Source: Deltaproteobacteria bacterium
GTDB lineage: Bacteria > Myxococcota > Myxococcia > Myxococcales > 40CM-4-68-19
Direction: 5' to 3'
Assembly (NCBI GenBank): GCA_043782525.1
Contig: JAYWAJ010000029.1
Location: 1-50,243 of the forward strand
DNA: 50,243 bases
Below are positions 17,250 to 26,819 of this stretch, piece by piece. Every line of letters begins with the position of its first letter. Within the stretch, counting starts at the first letter, position 1. Under the pieces are notes generated by a model. The model had not been told where the DNA came from. It saw only the letters and a list, made by a program, of their open reading frames with translations, and ran no database searches. The position numbers and the translations under genes were made by a program.

Positions 17250-18635
17250 ATGCGCTTCGCCGTTGCTGTTGCCCTGCTTCCTGCAGCGCTCATCGCTGCT
17301 CCGATCCACTATCAGCCCGTGCACGCGCAGGACAGCGGGACCATCGACCGCTACGCCAGCAACACGGCGGCTCCCGCCAACGCCTGGCTCAATTACTACG
17401 GCGGCCACGTCATCTCGAACGTGAACGTCGTCCCGGTGCTGTGGGGCGGCAACGTGCCCTCGAAGGTCGCCACTGGCATCGGCCCCTACTACGCGGCCAT
17501 CACCGACAGCGCCTACTTCGACTGGCTGGCCGAGTACGACACCAACATCCTCGACTGGGCGGGCAGCCAGGGCACCAACCAGCACATCGGCCGCGGCACG
17601 GCGGCGGCGACCCTCACCATCGCGCCCTCCAGCTCCGCGACCACTGTCACCAACGATCAGATCATCGCCGAGCTGCAGGGGCAGATCACCAATGGCCACC
17701 TGCCCAGGCCCGACGCGAACACCCTCTACATGGTGCACTTCCCCGCCGGCATGAAGATCTCGATGCCCGACGGCAACGGCGGCACGGCCTCGTCCTGCAC
17801 GCAGTTCTGCGCGTACCACAACACCACCGCCGCCACCGCTTCGATCCCGGAGTTTTACTACGGCGTGATCCCCAACGTGACCTCCGACGGCTGCGAGCTC
17901 GGCTGCGGGCCCATCGGCGGCGGGTTCAACAACACCACCTCGGTCGCGTCGCACGAGCTGATCGAGGCGGTCACCGACGCCGAAGTGGGCCTCGCCACCG
18001 ACAACAAGCCGCCGCTCGCCTGGTACGATCCGCAGGGACAGGACGGCGAGGTCGGCGACATCTGCAACGGCTCGCAGGGCACGGTGACTTCGCACGGCCA
18101 GTCGTGGACGGTGCAGACGGAGTGGTCGAACAGCCACAACGCGTGCATCACGCAAGCGGGCAGCACCGACTTCGCCGTCGTGCTCATGCCGGGCAACCGC
18201 GCCCTGGCAGCGGGACAGAGCGCGACCTACACGGTGACGGCGAAGAAGATCGCCGGCGCGCCGGGCACCATCACGCTCAAGGCCGACGGAATGCCCGCCG
18301 GCCTCTCAGGCACGTTCGCCAGCTCGCAGCTCTCGCCGGGGCAGAGCACCACGCTGACCGTCTCGGCGACCTCCAGCGCCACCAACGGCGACAACTACTT
18401 CACCATCCACGGCACGGCGGGCAGCACGCAGCGCACGGCCAAGGCCGAGGCCAACATCTCCGGCGGCCAGGCGGGCGGCGGGGGCGGCGGAGGCAACTGC
18501 CCCCCCGGGACCATCAATATCGGCGGCGTCTGCGTGCCGACCGGCTGCAGCTCCACCGGGGGCGGCGCGTCCTGGGTGGGCGCGTTCGCGGTGGGCGCCT
18601 TCTCCCTGCTCTGGCGGCGGCGGTCGCAGGCTTAA
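17250..18635 (+). CDS. Secreted protein with an uncharacterised N-terminal domain, an Ig-like domain, a poly-Gly linker and a MYXO-CTERM sorting tail
   Basis: A signal peptide is present. Conserved-looking blocks are VVPVLWGG, SSCTQFCAYHN, SHELIEAVTD and VQTEWSN..NAC. The C-terminus GCSSTGGGASWVGAFAVGAFSLLWRRRSQA has the MYXO-CTERM pattern: a Cys motif, a hydrophobic helix and an Arg cluster. Confidence 0.8.
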   Translation: MRFAVAVALLPAALIAAPIHYQPVHAQDSGTIDRYASNTAAPANAWLNYYGGHVISNVNVVPVLWGGNVPSKVATGIGPYYAAITDSAYFDWLAEYDTNILDWAGSQGTNQHIGRGTAAATLTIAPSSSATTVTNDQIIAELQGQITNGHLPRPDANTLYMVHFPAGMKISMPDGNGGTASSCTQFCAYHNTTAATASIPEFYYGVIPNVTSDGCELGCGPIGGGFNNTTSVASHELIEAVTDAEVGLATDNKPPLAWYDPQGQDGEVGDICNGSQGTVTSHGQSWTVQTEWSNSHNACITQAGSTDFAVVLMPGNRALAAGQSATYTVTAKKIAGAPGTITLKADGMPAGLSGTFASSQLSPGQSTTLTVSATSSATNGDNYFTIHGTAGSTQRTAKAEANISGGQAGGGGGGGNCPPGTINIGGVCVPTGCSSTGGGASWVGAFAVGAFSLLWRRRSQA

Positions 18636-18829
18636 GCAACCTCCACCGGGTGGTTCTCGTCGGAGGCGGCGCTGCCAATGGGCGGCCTTCGCATGTCTGC
18701 CCATTTCGATCTCGGCCCCGAGCCGGCAAGCGCCTCCCAGGAGGCTGGTCGGGCGGCGTCCGCACCGTCCTCTATTGGAAAGGAGGCGGGGGTCGGGCTA
18801 CCCATCTGCCGGCAACTCCGTACCTTCGC

Positions 18830-20260
18830 ATGATGAGAATCAGGCTCCTGATCTCCGCCCTCCTGCTCTGCTCCTGCATCCGCAATCCCGCTACCGGCAA
18901 GCTGGAGCTCGACCTGATCTCCCACGACCAGGAAGTCCAGATGGGGCAGCAGGCCAAGCTCGAGACCGAGCAGACCCTCGGGGTCTACAAGGAGAAGCCG
19001 GCGCTCAACGACTACGTGGCCGCGCTGGGCAAAGATCTCGCGGCGGTCAGCAACGAGCCACAGGATCCCTTCTCCTACGAAATCGTCGACGACGCGGCCG
19101 TCAACGCCTTCGCCCTGCCGGGCGGGCCCATTTTCGTCACCCGAGGCATCCTCGGCTACCTCAACACGGAGGCGGAGCTGGCCGCGGTGATGGGTCACGA
19201 GACCGGGCACGTCGTGGCGCACCATTCGGCCAACCAGATGAGCAAGGCAGAGTTGGCGCAGGTGGGCCTGGGCATCGGCTCGGCCATCTCCCCGGCGCTT
19301 GGGTCCCTGGCCCAAGCCGCGGGGGCGGGGCTGCAGCTCCTCTTCCTCAAGTATTCGCGCGACGACGAGACCCAGGCCGACGAGCTGGGCTTTCGCTTCA
19401 TGACCAAGGCGGGCTACGACCCGAAGCAGATGCTGCCGCTCTTCACCATGCTCGACGGGGTGACCAAGCAGGCGGGCGGAGCGAAGACGCCCGAATGGCT
19501 CGAGACGCACCCGAACCCGGGCAATCGCCTGGAGGCGACGCAGACTCGTTTGAAGACGGAGTTCAAGGGCTCGACCGAGGGGATGAAGGTCCGGCGCGAC
19601 GAGTACCTCAAGGCCATCGACGGCATCGCCTTCGGCGAAGACCCGCGGCAGGGATACTTCAAGGGCGACACCTTCCTCGACCCTTCGCTGAAGTTCCAAT
19701 GGACGCTGCCCAAGGGGTGGGCGCACCAGAACTCGCCGAAATCGGTGGCGGCGCAGAGTCCGAAGAAGGACGCGATCGTCGCCTTGCAGGCCGCCGGCAA
19801 GATGTCGCCGGAAGAGGCGGCGCAGAAGCTCTTTTCGCAGCAGGGCATCGTGCAGGGTCAGCCGGTCGACGTGCACGGGGCAAAGATCGCGCGCGCCTTC
19901 CAGGCGAAGACGCAGCAGGGCAGCATCGAAGGCGTGGTGGCCTTCACTCCCTACCAGGGCAACACGTACATGATGATCGGCTACACGGGGGCGGGCGGAC
20001 TTGCCGGCTACGGGGACACCTTCCTTTCGTCGATGGGGAGCTTCGGCGAGCTCAAGGAAGCCTCCGCCCTCAACGCGCAGCCGGCGCGGGTGAAGATCGT
20101 CCACCTCGACGCGCCGATGTCGGTGGCGGACTTCAACGCGAAACATCCGTCGACCATCAAGGCCGACCTGCTTGCGCTGATCAACGGCGTGGACGCCGGC
20201 GGCCAGATCCGGGCCGGTTACGCCAAGCAGATCGTGGGCGGAGTTGGGGAGCAGAAGTAG
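18830..20260 (+). CDS. M48-family zinc metalloprotease lipoprotein (BepA/YfgC-like)
   Basis: In-frame part of the artefactual ORF 17207..20260, starting at the ATG at 18830. Lipobox is LLLCSC. The sequence reads NAFALPGGPIFVTRGIL..AVMGHETGHVVAHH, which contains HExxH. Confidence 0.85.
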   Translation: MMRIRLLISALLLCSCIRNPATGKLELDLISHDQEVQMGQQAKLETEQTLGVYKEKPALNDYVAALGKDLAAVSNEPQDPFSYEIVDDAAVNAFALPGGPIFVTRGILGYLNTEAELAAVMGHETGHVVAHHSANQMSKAELAQVGLGIGSAISPALGSLAQAAGAGLQLLFLKYSRDDETQADELGFRFMTKAGYDPKQMLPLFTMLDGVTKQAGGAKTPEWLETHPNPGNRLEATQTRLKTEFKGSTEGMKVRRDEYLKAIDGIAFGEDPRQGYFKGDTFLDPSLKFQWTLPKGWAHQNSPKSVAAQSPKKDAIVALQAAGKMSPEEAAQKLFSQQGIVQGQPVDVHGAKIARAFQAKTQQGSIEGVVAFTPYQGNTYMMIGYTGAGGLAGYGDTFLSSMGSFGELKEASALNAQPARVKIVHLDAPMSVADFNAKHPSTIKADLLALINGVDAGGQIRAGYAKQIVGGVGEQK

Positions 20261-20276
20261 GCCGGCGCGCCCGCGC

Positions 20277-22745
20277 TCAGAGCTTCAGCTGCTCCAGCGC
20301 ACCGGGGCGGGCAAAGAAATAGCCCTGCGCCCGCTCGCAGCCGAGGCGCAGCAGCACCTCGACCTGCTCCGGGGTCTCGACTCCCTCGGCCACCACCTCG
20401 ATGCCGAGACCTTTGCCCAGCATGAGGATGGTCTGCACGATCTTGATCTTCCGCTCGTCCCCCACCATCGCGCCGATGAAGGAGCGGTCGATCTTGAGCG
20501 AGTCGATGGGCAGCTCGTGCAGGTAGCTGAGCGAGGAGTAGCCGGTGCCGAAGTCGTCGATACAGAGGCGAACGCCGGTGGCCCGCAGCTTGTCGAGGGC
20601 CTCGATGGCCGCGGCGCCGTTGCCGATCAGCATGCTCTCGGTCAGCTCCAGCCGCAGCCGGGAGGGGTGCAGCCCGCGGCGCTGGAGCATGGTGGCCAGC
20701 TGCTCGCCGAAGTCTGCCTGGAGCAATTGCCGGCCCGACAGGTTCACCGAAAGGGTGATCCCCTCCGGCAGCACCGAGAGCGCCCGGCAGGCTTCGTCCA
20801 GCACCCAGCGGCCGAGCGGCACGACCAGCCCCGTCTCCTCCGCCAGCGGGATGAACTCGCTCGGGGGCACCAGGCCACGCTCGCGGTGCTCCCAGCGCAC
20901 CAGCGCCTCGACCCCCACCGCGTGGCCGGTGGCGAGGTCGACGATGGGCTGGTAGTGGACGCGAAACTCACCGCGCTCTAGCGCCCGGCGCAGCTCGTTC
21001 TCGAGCCGCAGCGCCGCCATGGCGCGCTGGTGCATCGAGCTGTCGAAGACGGCGTGCCGCGTGTTGCGCACCTTGGCACGGTACATGGCGGTGTCGGCGT
21101 CGCGCAGCAGGTGCTCGACGCGCTCGGTCTCGGGCCCGCCCAGCGCGATGCCGATGCTGGCGCCCGCGAAGACTTCGTGACCTTCGACCAGGAAGGGCGG
21201 AGACAGCGCCCGGTGCACCCGCTCCGCCACTGCGACCGCCTCCTCCTCGCCCGAGACCCCCTCGACCAGCAGGGTGAATTCATCTCCGCCCAGCCGCGCC
21301 ACCGTGTCGCCGGCCCGCCGGCAGCTCTCGAGGCGCCGCGCAATCTGCACCAGCAGCTCGTCGCCGGCGCGGTGGCCGAGGCTGTCGTTGACCAGCTTGA
21401 AGCGGTCGAGATCGAGGAAGAGCACCGCGAACCGGGCCGCCTCGCGACCCTTGGCCCGCGCGAAGGCCACCTCGATGCGGTCCTTGAAGAGCGCGCGGTT
21501 GGGAAGTCCCGTCAGCGGATCGTAGAAGGCCGCTTGCAGCAGCCGCGCCTGCGCCTTGCGCCGGGCGGTGACGTCGGTGGCGGCCACCAGCAGGGCACGT
21601 CGCGCTTCGAAGACGACCTCGTGCACGGACAGCTCGAGGTCGTGGACTTCGCCGGAGGCGGTCCGGTGGCGCTCGATGGCGGGAGATCCGTTGCGCTGCT
21701 CGGCCGCGGCGCCCGGATCGAAGCGCAGGTCCGCGGACCGCAGCGTGAGGAAGCGATCGCGCGGCCAGCCGTAGTGGCGCACGGCGGCGTCGTTCACCGC
21801 CAGGAAGGTCCCGGACTCGGCATCCTCCACCCACATCGGCTGCGGGTTGTTCTCGAAGAGGACCCGGTACCGCTCTTCCGAGGCGCGCAGGGCGTCGAGC
21901 ACCCGCACCCGCTGGGTGACCTCGCGCGGCAACAGCAGCGCCGCCTGCACGCCGTGGTACTGCACCGCGCTGGCGCTGACTTCCAGCACCACCTCGGGTG
22001 CGCCCGCCCGGCGGAGCAGGGTTTCGAATCTCCGCCCCCGCGCAATCGCCGCCCGGCCGACCTCTGCGTCCGACCAGAGGGCGTGCACCGAAGTTCCCAG
22101 CAGCCTCTCGCGGGGTACCGAGAACAGCTCGGCGGCGCGCGGGTTGGCGTCGAGCACCAGGCCGTTGCGGGGGTCGACGACGAGGAGCGCCTCGGCGACG
22201 CTCTCGAAGAGCTCGCGGTAGCCGCGCTCCACCTTGCGCAGCGTCTCCTCGGGCGGCTTCTGCTCGATGAAGGGGCCCAGCCCGGCGCAGGCGCTGGCGA
22301 TGCCGGCGAGGAGGGCGTCGTCGGGAGCTTCCTGGGCGCCGGAGAAGAACTCCACCGCGGCCACCGTCCGGTGGTGGGCGACGGCAGGAAAGGCAAAGAC
22401 CGCGGCGGCGCCCTCTTCCGGCTCGGGGCGCCACTGGGGCGCTCCGTCCCGCAGCACCGTGTTCACCACGCTGCCGGTCCCGCGACCCCGCCGGCGCCGC
22501 TCGGCGATGCTGCGCAGGCTGCCCAGCCGCTCCGGCCGCTCGAGGTGCCAGACGATGGGCTTGGCGAGCGTGCCGATCGGATCGGCGAACTCGACCCGTC
22601 CGGCCTGCCAGCCCGTGGCGGCGCAGATCTGCTGCAACGCCGCGCGGAGGGCATCCTCCAGGCTATTGGCGTTCTGGGCAGCTTCGCGGACAGACTTGAT
22701 CAGCGCCGGCTCGGCCGGGCGGCGCTGGGGCAGAGATAGGGCCAT
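20277..22745 (-). CDS. Sensor (GAF-like plus two PAS) GGDEF-EAL c-di-GMP turnover protein
   Basis: Part of ORF 20277..22808. The ATG at 22745 follows GGAGG; the alternative start at 22808 would add 21 aa. The GGDEF box is intact (ARLGGDEF). EAL domain motifs are intact ([21 protein letters not shown]). Confidence 0.85.
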   Translation of the reverse strand: MALSLPQRRPAEPALIKSVREAAQNANSLEDALRAALQQICAATGWQAGRVEFADPIGTLAKPIVWHLERPERLGSLRSIAERRRRGRGTGSVVNTVLRDGAPQWRPEPEEGAAAVFAFPAVAHHRTVAAVEFFSGAQEAPDDALLAGIASACAGLGPFIEQKPPEETLRKVERGYRELFESVAEALLVVDPRNGLVLDANPRAAELFSVPRERLLGTSVHALWSDAEVGRAAIARGRRFETLLRRAGAPEVVLEVSASAVQYHGVQAALLLPREVTQRVRVLDALRASEERYRVLFENNPQPMWVEDAESGTFLAVNDAAVRHYGWPRDRFLTLRSADLRFDPGAAAEQRNGSPAIERHRTASGEVHDLELSVHEVVFEARRALLVAATDVTARRKAQARLLQAAFYDPLTGLPNRALFKDRIEVAFARAKGREAARFAVLFLDLDRFKLVNDSLGHRAGDELLVQIARRLESCRRAGDTVARLGGDEFTLLVEGVSGEEEAVAVAERVHRALSPPFLVEGHEVFAGASIGIALGGPETERVEHLLRDADTAMYRAKVRNTRHAVFDSSMHQRAMAALRLENELRRALERGEFRVHYQPIVDLATGHAVGVEALVRWEHRERGLVPPSEFIPLAEETGLVVPLGRWVLDEACRALSVLPEGITLSVNLSGRQLLQADFGEQLATMLQRRGLHPSRLRLELTESMLIGNGAAAIEALDKLRATGVRLCIDDFGTGYSSLSYLHELPIDSLKIDRSFIGAMVGDERKIKIVQTILMLGKGLGIEVVAEGVETPEQVEVLLRLGCERAQGYFFARPGALEQLKL

Positions 22746-23123
22746 GGGCCTCCACCGGGAGGTTAGGCATCCGGGCTGGGTAGGCCGAAAGGGGACGGGT
22801 GTGGTCAAAAGCGGCGCAGATGTTCAATGCGCAACCCGCCAGGCTCGAGGTGCGGCTCGCGCTTCCCGGTGCGTGCGGCGAGCCGCGCCTGGAGAAGGCG
22901 GAGGACGACGGGGCGCCGGTCGAGGTGATCAACTTCTTCAGAGCCTGCCCAGGGAGACCCTCGCAGGAGGCGTTCCTGCGCGACTCGCCGAGGCCGAGCG
23001 CCGGTTCGCCATGGGCGGAGTTGGCGAATCTCGCCCGGTCGCCGCGGGAGAACCTCGGGCGCGCGGCGGAAGGCGCCCAAGCCGCGCTACCCGTAAACGG
23101 GCGGACACCGTCAAAAGCAGTCG

Positions 23124-23151
23124 TTGCCTCCTCGGGCGGATGTTCTAGAAT
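23124..23151 (+). promoter_or_regulatory. Candidate sigma-70-type promoter for the DUF3015/DUF4105 operon
   Basis: TTGCCT (23124-23129), a 16-nt spacer, then TAGAAT (23146-23151), about 60 nt upstream of the ATG at 23213. The -10 element lies inside the palindrome TTCTAGAA. This is motif reading only. Confidence 0.3.
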
Positions 23152-23212
23152 CCGCGCACGAAATAGGGCGCCTTCTATCCACGGGCGCCCGAAACCCTGA
23201 GGAGGGGAAGAC

Positions 23213-23677
23213 ATGCGTAAGGCAATCTGCTTGGCGGCGGTCCTTTTGACGGCGGGGGCGGTTCACGCTGCACCCTATGGTGCGGCGGGCTGTGGCCTGG
23301 GCTCGGTGCTGTTCGGCAACCAGCCGGGCTTCATCCAAGTGGTGGCGGCGACCACCAACGGCATCTTCGGAAACCAGACCTTCGGAATCACCACCGGGAC
23401 GCTGAACTGCGGCTCCCCGGCGACGCCCGCGGGCGCCAAGGTGTTCATCGACGCCAACCGCGAGGCGCTGGCCAAGGACATGGCGCGCGGCTCGGGCGAG
23501 ACCATCGCCACCCTGACCTCCCTCACCGGCTGTAGCGATTCCAAAGTCGTGGGGGCGACGCTGCAGAAGAACTTCAGCTCCATCATCCCCAACGAGAAGG
23601 TTTCCAACGACGTGGTCGCCGACAACGTGCTCTCCACGCTCAAGGCCGACAAGCAGCTCTCCTGCACGTCGATCTAA
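23213..23677 (+). CDS. DUF3015-family secreted protein
   Basis: Signal peptide followed by YGAAGCGLGSVLF..VVAATTNGIFGNQTFGITTGTLNC, which matches my recollection of the DUF3015 signature. GAGGAGGGG Shine-Dalgarno upstream. Confidence 0.7.
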   Translation: MRKAICLAAVLLTAGAVHAAPYGAAGCGLGSVLFGNQPGFIQVVAATTNGIFGNQTFGITTGTLNCGSPATPAGAKVFIDANREALAKDMARGSGETIATLTSLTGCSDSKVVGATLQKNFSSIIPNEKVSNDVVADNVLSTLKADKQLSCTSI

Positions 23678-25597
23678 GTGGTGAAGCCGGCCGCTCGCCT
23701 CATCCTGGCCGCGGCCGTCCTGACAGCGCCCCTGGCTGGGACGGCGCAGGGCACTGTCGAAGAGCTGCAAGCCTCGGCGAGGTCGCAGCACCTCGCCGAG
23801 GCGCTTCCCTGGCTCCGGCTGCTGCATGCGGACTTGACGCTGACCGGCGGCTTTCGCTCTGAGGCGGACGCCGCCTTCTTTCTTTCACCGCGCGGGGCCA
23901 CCGATCCGCAGGCGGAGCTGGACGCGGATCTCCGGGGCTTCTTCGCGCCGCCGCCCACCGACAAGGACAAGCAACATCCGCAATGCCAGTTTCCGGCGCG
24001 GTTCGCCTGGCTGAACAGCAAGCTCCACTTCGATTTCTCCACCCTGCCGCTGCAGCCCTGCCCGCGCTTCGAGGAGTTCTACCAGCGGGTGGCGGCGCGG
24101 GCGGTGACGGCGATTTTCTCGTCCTATTACATCAGCAGCCCCGCCTCGGTCTTCGGGCACACCTTGCTCCGGCTCGACCGGAGCGAGGCGCCGCTCGACG
24201 AGAAGCACTTCGAGCTCCTCGACTATGGGGTCAACTACTCCGCCACCATCGATACCCAGAACGCGCTCATCTATGCGGTGAAGGGACTGATCGGTCTCTA
24301 TCCGGGCAACTTCAATTCCATGCCCTATTTCTACAAGGTCCGCGAGTACAACGACTTCGAATCGCGCGACCTCTGGGAATACGACCTGGCTTTGACGCCG
24401 CAACAAGTGGCCATGGTCACGGCCCACGTCTGGGAGCTGGGTTCGACGACCTTTCCCTATTACTATATCTCGCGCAATTGCTCCTATCACCTGATCGCGG
24501 CGCTGGAGGCGGCGGTGCCGGAGCTGGACCTGCTCTCGCACGTCGGCAAGCTCGCCTATCCCGCCGATACCATCAAGGCCTTGAACCGGGTGCCGGGCCT
24601 GGTGCGGGCGGTGCGGTACCGCCCGTCGATCCGCGCCCAGTTTCGCAAGCGGGTGGAGGGGCTGTCGGGCGAAGAGCTCACCGGCGTGGCCCGGCTGGCG
24701 GAGAAGCCGGAGGCGCCGCTGCCGGCGGGACTCTCTTCCGACCGGCAGGCGCGGGTGCTCGACGCGGCCCTCGACCTGGTCGACCTGCGCCATGCGCGCG
24801 GCCTCATCCTCAGCACCGATCCGGAGGCGATGCGGCTCAAGCAGCAGCTGTTGGAGCGGCGCAGCGGGGTCCCGGTCCAGAGCGAGGCCCTCCTGCCGGA
24901 AGTGCCGGAGTTGCAGGCGCCGCAGCGGGGGCATGGATCGATCCGCGCCGGCGTGGCGGGTGGAGCGTCGAGCGAGACCGCCGGCTTCGGGGCGGCCAAC
25001 CTGCGGCTGGCGCTGCACGACCTGCTCGACCCGCCCACCGGCTATCCCGAGCTGTCGCAGCTCGAGTTCGTCGACCTGCAGATTCGCTACCAGCCGCGCG
25101 GGCGAACGCTCTGGCTCGACCACGCCTGGCTGGCGAACGTGGCCGCGATCGCGCCCCTGGACCGCTTCGTCCAGCCTATCTCCTGGTGGATGCGCGCGGG
25201 CGCCGAGACGCTGCGCGACCGCGGCTGTCCGGGATGCCTGGCCGGCAGCTTCGACATGGCCGGTGGGGCCAGCCTGGCGTTCGCTGGGGAGAAGCTGGCC
25301 TTGTTCGCCATGGCGGAGAGCGGCCTCTCGGCGGCGCCCAGGCTCGCCGGCCTGCGCGGAGCCCCGGTCCGGCTGGCGGTGGGCCCTTCCGGCGGTGCGC
25401 GCCTGCGCCTGGGCGATGCGCTCATCCTCCTCGGCACGGCGCGGTGGCAGGCGCTGCCTTTTGCCAATCCACATTCGTTCTTCGAGCTGGAATTCTCGGC
25501 GCGGCTGGCGCTGCCCGGCGGGCTCGCGCTCAATGCCCAGCTCATCGGCCGCCCGACCGGGACGGAGGGCTCATTGGGCACCTATCTCTATTTCTAG
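23678..25597 (+). CDS. DUF4105 (Lnb N-terminal periplasmic domain) protein
   Basis: GTG start immediately after the DUF3015 stop codon. Motifs are VFGHTLLRLD, YFYKVREYNDFESRDLWEYDL and ISRNCSYHL. DUF3015 and DUF4105 genes are commonly neighbours. Confidence 0.7.
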   Translation: MVKPAARLILAAAVLTAPLAGTAQGTVEELQASARSQHLAEALPWLRLLHADLTLTGGFRSEADAAFFLSPRGATDPQAELDADLRGFFAPPPTDKDKQHPQCQFPARFAWLNSKLHFDFSTLPLQPCPRFEEFYQRVAARAVTAIFSSYYISSPASVFGHTLLRLDRSEAPLDEKHFELLDYGVNYSATIDTQNALIYAVKGLIGLYPGNFNSMPYFYKVREYNDFESRDLWEYDLALTPQQVAMVTAHVWELGSTTFPYYYISRNCSYHLIAALEAAVPELDLLSHVGKLAYPADTIKALNRVPGLVRAVRYRPSIRAQFRKRVEGLSGEELTGVARLAEKPEAPLPAGLSSDRQARVLDAALDLVDLRHARGLILSTDPEAMRLKQQLLERRSGVPVQSEALLPEVPELQAPQRGHGSIRAGVAGGASSETAGFGAANLRLALHDLLDPPTGYPELSQLEFVDLQIRYQPRGRTLWLDHAWLANVAAIAPLDRFVQPISWWMRAGAETLRDRGCPGCLAGSFDMAGGASLAFAGEKLALFAMAESGLSAAPRLAGLRGAPVRLAVGPSGGARLRLGDALILLGTARWQALPFANPHSFFELEFSARLALPGGLALNAQLIGRPTGTEGSLGTYLYF

Positions 25598-25752
25598 AAA
25601 ATGCAAAGCACACCGCGAAGGCGCGAAGTTCAGCGAAGGATCAAGAAGAAAAGATTGGCTGGGACCGACACGCGCCGGCTGGGAGGTGGCCGGGGCCATA
25701 CACCAACCAAGACTTCGCGGCCCTTTGCGCCTTCGTTGGTATGCCTTTGCTT

Positions 25753-26154
25753 CTATTCGGGGACTTCGTGTTCCAGCAGTCCTTCGGGTTGCGACCGCTC
25801 GGTGCCGAAAGGCGCCCCCGCCGGCGTGGCCAGCTTGAAGCGCGTCGCCACGTCCGCCACCGTGAAGAAGATGAGCAGCGCCACGAAGATGAGCGCGGTG
25901 GCGAAGACCAGCCGGGTGGCGCCGCTCGACTCGTTCAGGTGCATGAAGATCACCGCCACCAGCGCCGACTTGACGATGGCGATGGCCAGCGCCACCGGCA
26001 GGGCCCAGGCGCCCAGGTGCATGGTGCCGGTGAAGTAGGTCAGCGCCGTGAACCCCAGCAGCACGATCCAGACCACGACATAGGGCACCGCCGAGTGGTG
26101 GTGTTCCTCGTGTCCCGGTCTCAGCTTGTCGGACGGCAGCGCGCTCTCGGCCAC
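25753..26154 (-). CDS. Cytochrome c oxidase subunit IV (small caa3-type subunit)
   Basis: Part of ORF 25753..26220. The GTG at 26154 follows AGGAG and sits just after the ctaE stop. The sequence EEHHHSAVPYVVVWIVLLGFTALTY..IVKSALVAVIFMHL has the typical three-helix subunit IV pattern. Confidence 0.7.
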   Translation of the reverse strand: MAESALPSDKLRPGHEEHHHSAVPYVVVWIVLLGFTALTYFTGTMHLGAWALPVALAIAIVKSALVAVIFMHLNESSGATRLVFATALIFVALLIFFTVADVATRFKLATPAGAPFGTERSQPEGLLEHEVPE

Positions 26155-26162
26155 GGTCGCTC

Positions 26163-26819
26163 CTAGATCAGGTAGAGCAGCGGATAGAGGAAGATCCAGA
26201 CCAGGTCGACCAGGTGCCAATAGAGGCCGCCCAGCTCGAGGCCGGTGTAATACCGCGACGAATACCGGCCCTGCAGCGTGCGCCAGAGGAGCCAGGTGAG
26301 CACGCTCATGCCGGCGACCACGTGCACGCCGTGCAGGCCGGTCATGAGGAAATACAAGGTATAGAACATCGCCGCGCCGGGGGCCTTCACCTCTTCATAG
26401 GCGTAATACTTCCCCGGCAGCGCCTGCTCCTGGAAATGCTCGGCATATTCGACGGCCTTGACGCCGAGGAAGGCCAGCGCGAAGAGCAGCGTGAGGATGA
26501 GGCAGAGCGCCGCCGCCCGCGGCCGGTCGGTGCGCGCGTAGAAGATCGAGAGCGCCACCGTGAAGCTGGAGGTGATCAGGACCACGGTGTTGAGCGTGCC
26601 CAGGGTGACGTTGAGGTGCCGGCTCGCTTCCTGGAAGGCGAGGGGGAACTGGAAGCGATAGACGGCATATCCGGTAAAGAGCCCGGCGAAGAGCAGGATC
26701 TCGGTGGCGAGGAAGAGCCACATTCCCAGCCGCATGGCCTCGTTCTGGCGGTCCAGCGAGGAGAAGTGGTGGGCGAGGATGCCTTCGGGCAGCCCGAGCG
26801 CCCTGGCTTCACTGGACAC
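26163..26819 (-). CDS. ctaE: Cytochrome c oxidase subunit III
   Basis: 218-aa ORF. The sequence FLATEILLFAGLF..YFLMTGLHGVHVVAG..YWHLVDLVWIFLYPLLYL has classic subunit III motifs. Confidence 0.9.
   Translation of the reverse strand: MSSEARALGLPEGILAHHFSSLDRQNEAMRLGMWLFLATEILLFAGLFTGYAVYRFQFPLAFQEASRHLNVTLGTLNTVVLITSSFTVALSIFYARTDRPRAAALCLILTLLFALAFLGVKAVEYAEHFQEQALPGKYYAYEEVKAPGAAMFYTLYFLMTGLHGVHVVAGMSVLTWLLWRTLQGRYSSRYYTGLELGGLYWHLVDLVWIFLYPLLYLI

Noticed and set aside
18470-18500. GGC/GGG-rich run that looks like a simple repeat.
   Set aside because: It is in frame within 17250..18635 and encodes the poly-Gly linker (GGQAGGGGGGGN) ahead of the MYXO-CTERM tail. It is not a CRISPR array or a non-coding microsatellite.
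17207-20260. Single 1017-aa ORF that would fuse the MYXO-CTERM region with the M48 protease.
   Set aside because: Its first 540 codons are an out-of-frame read of the gene at 17250..18635 (Arg/Gly/His-rich nonsense). The protease signal peptide and lipobox begin at the internal ATG at 18830.
22799-23200. 133-aa plus-strand ORF filling the GGDEF / DUF3015 intergenic region.
   Set aside because: Only the first third has coding-like third-position GC. The rest uses rare AGA/AGG/TCT/GTA-type codons, is low-complexity and runs across the likely promoter. It is kept as an observation in the findings, not as a gene call.
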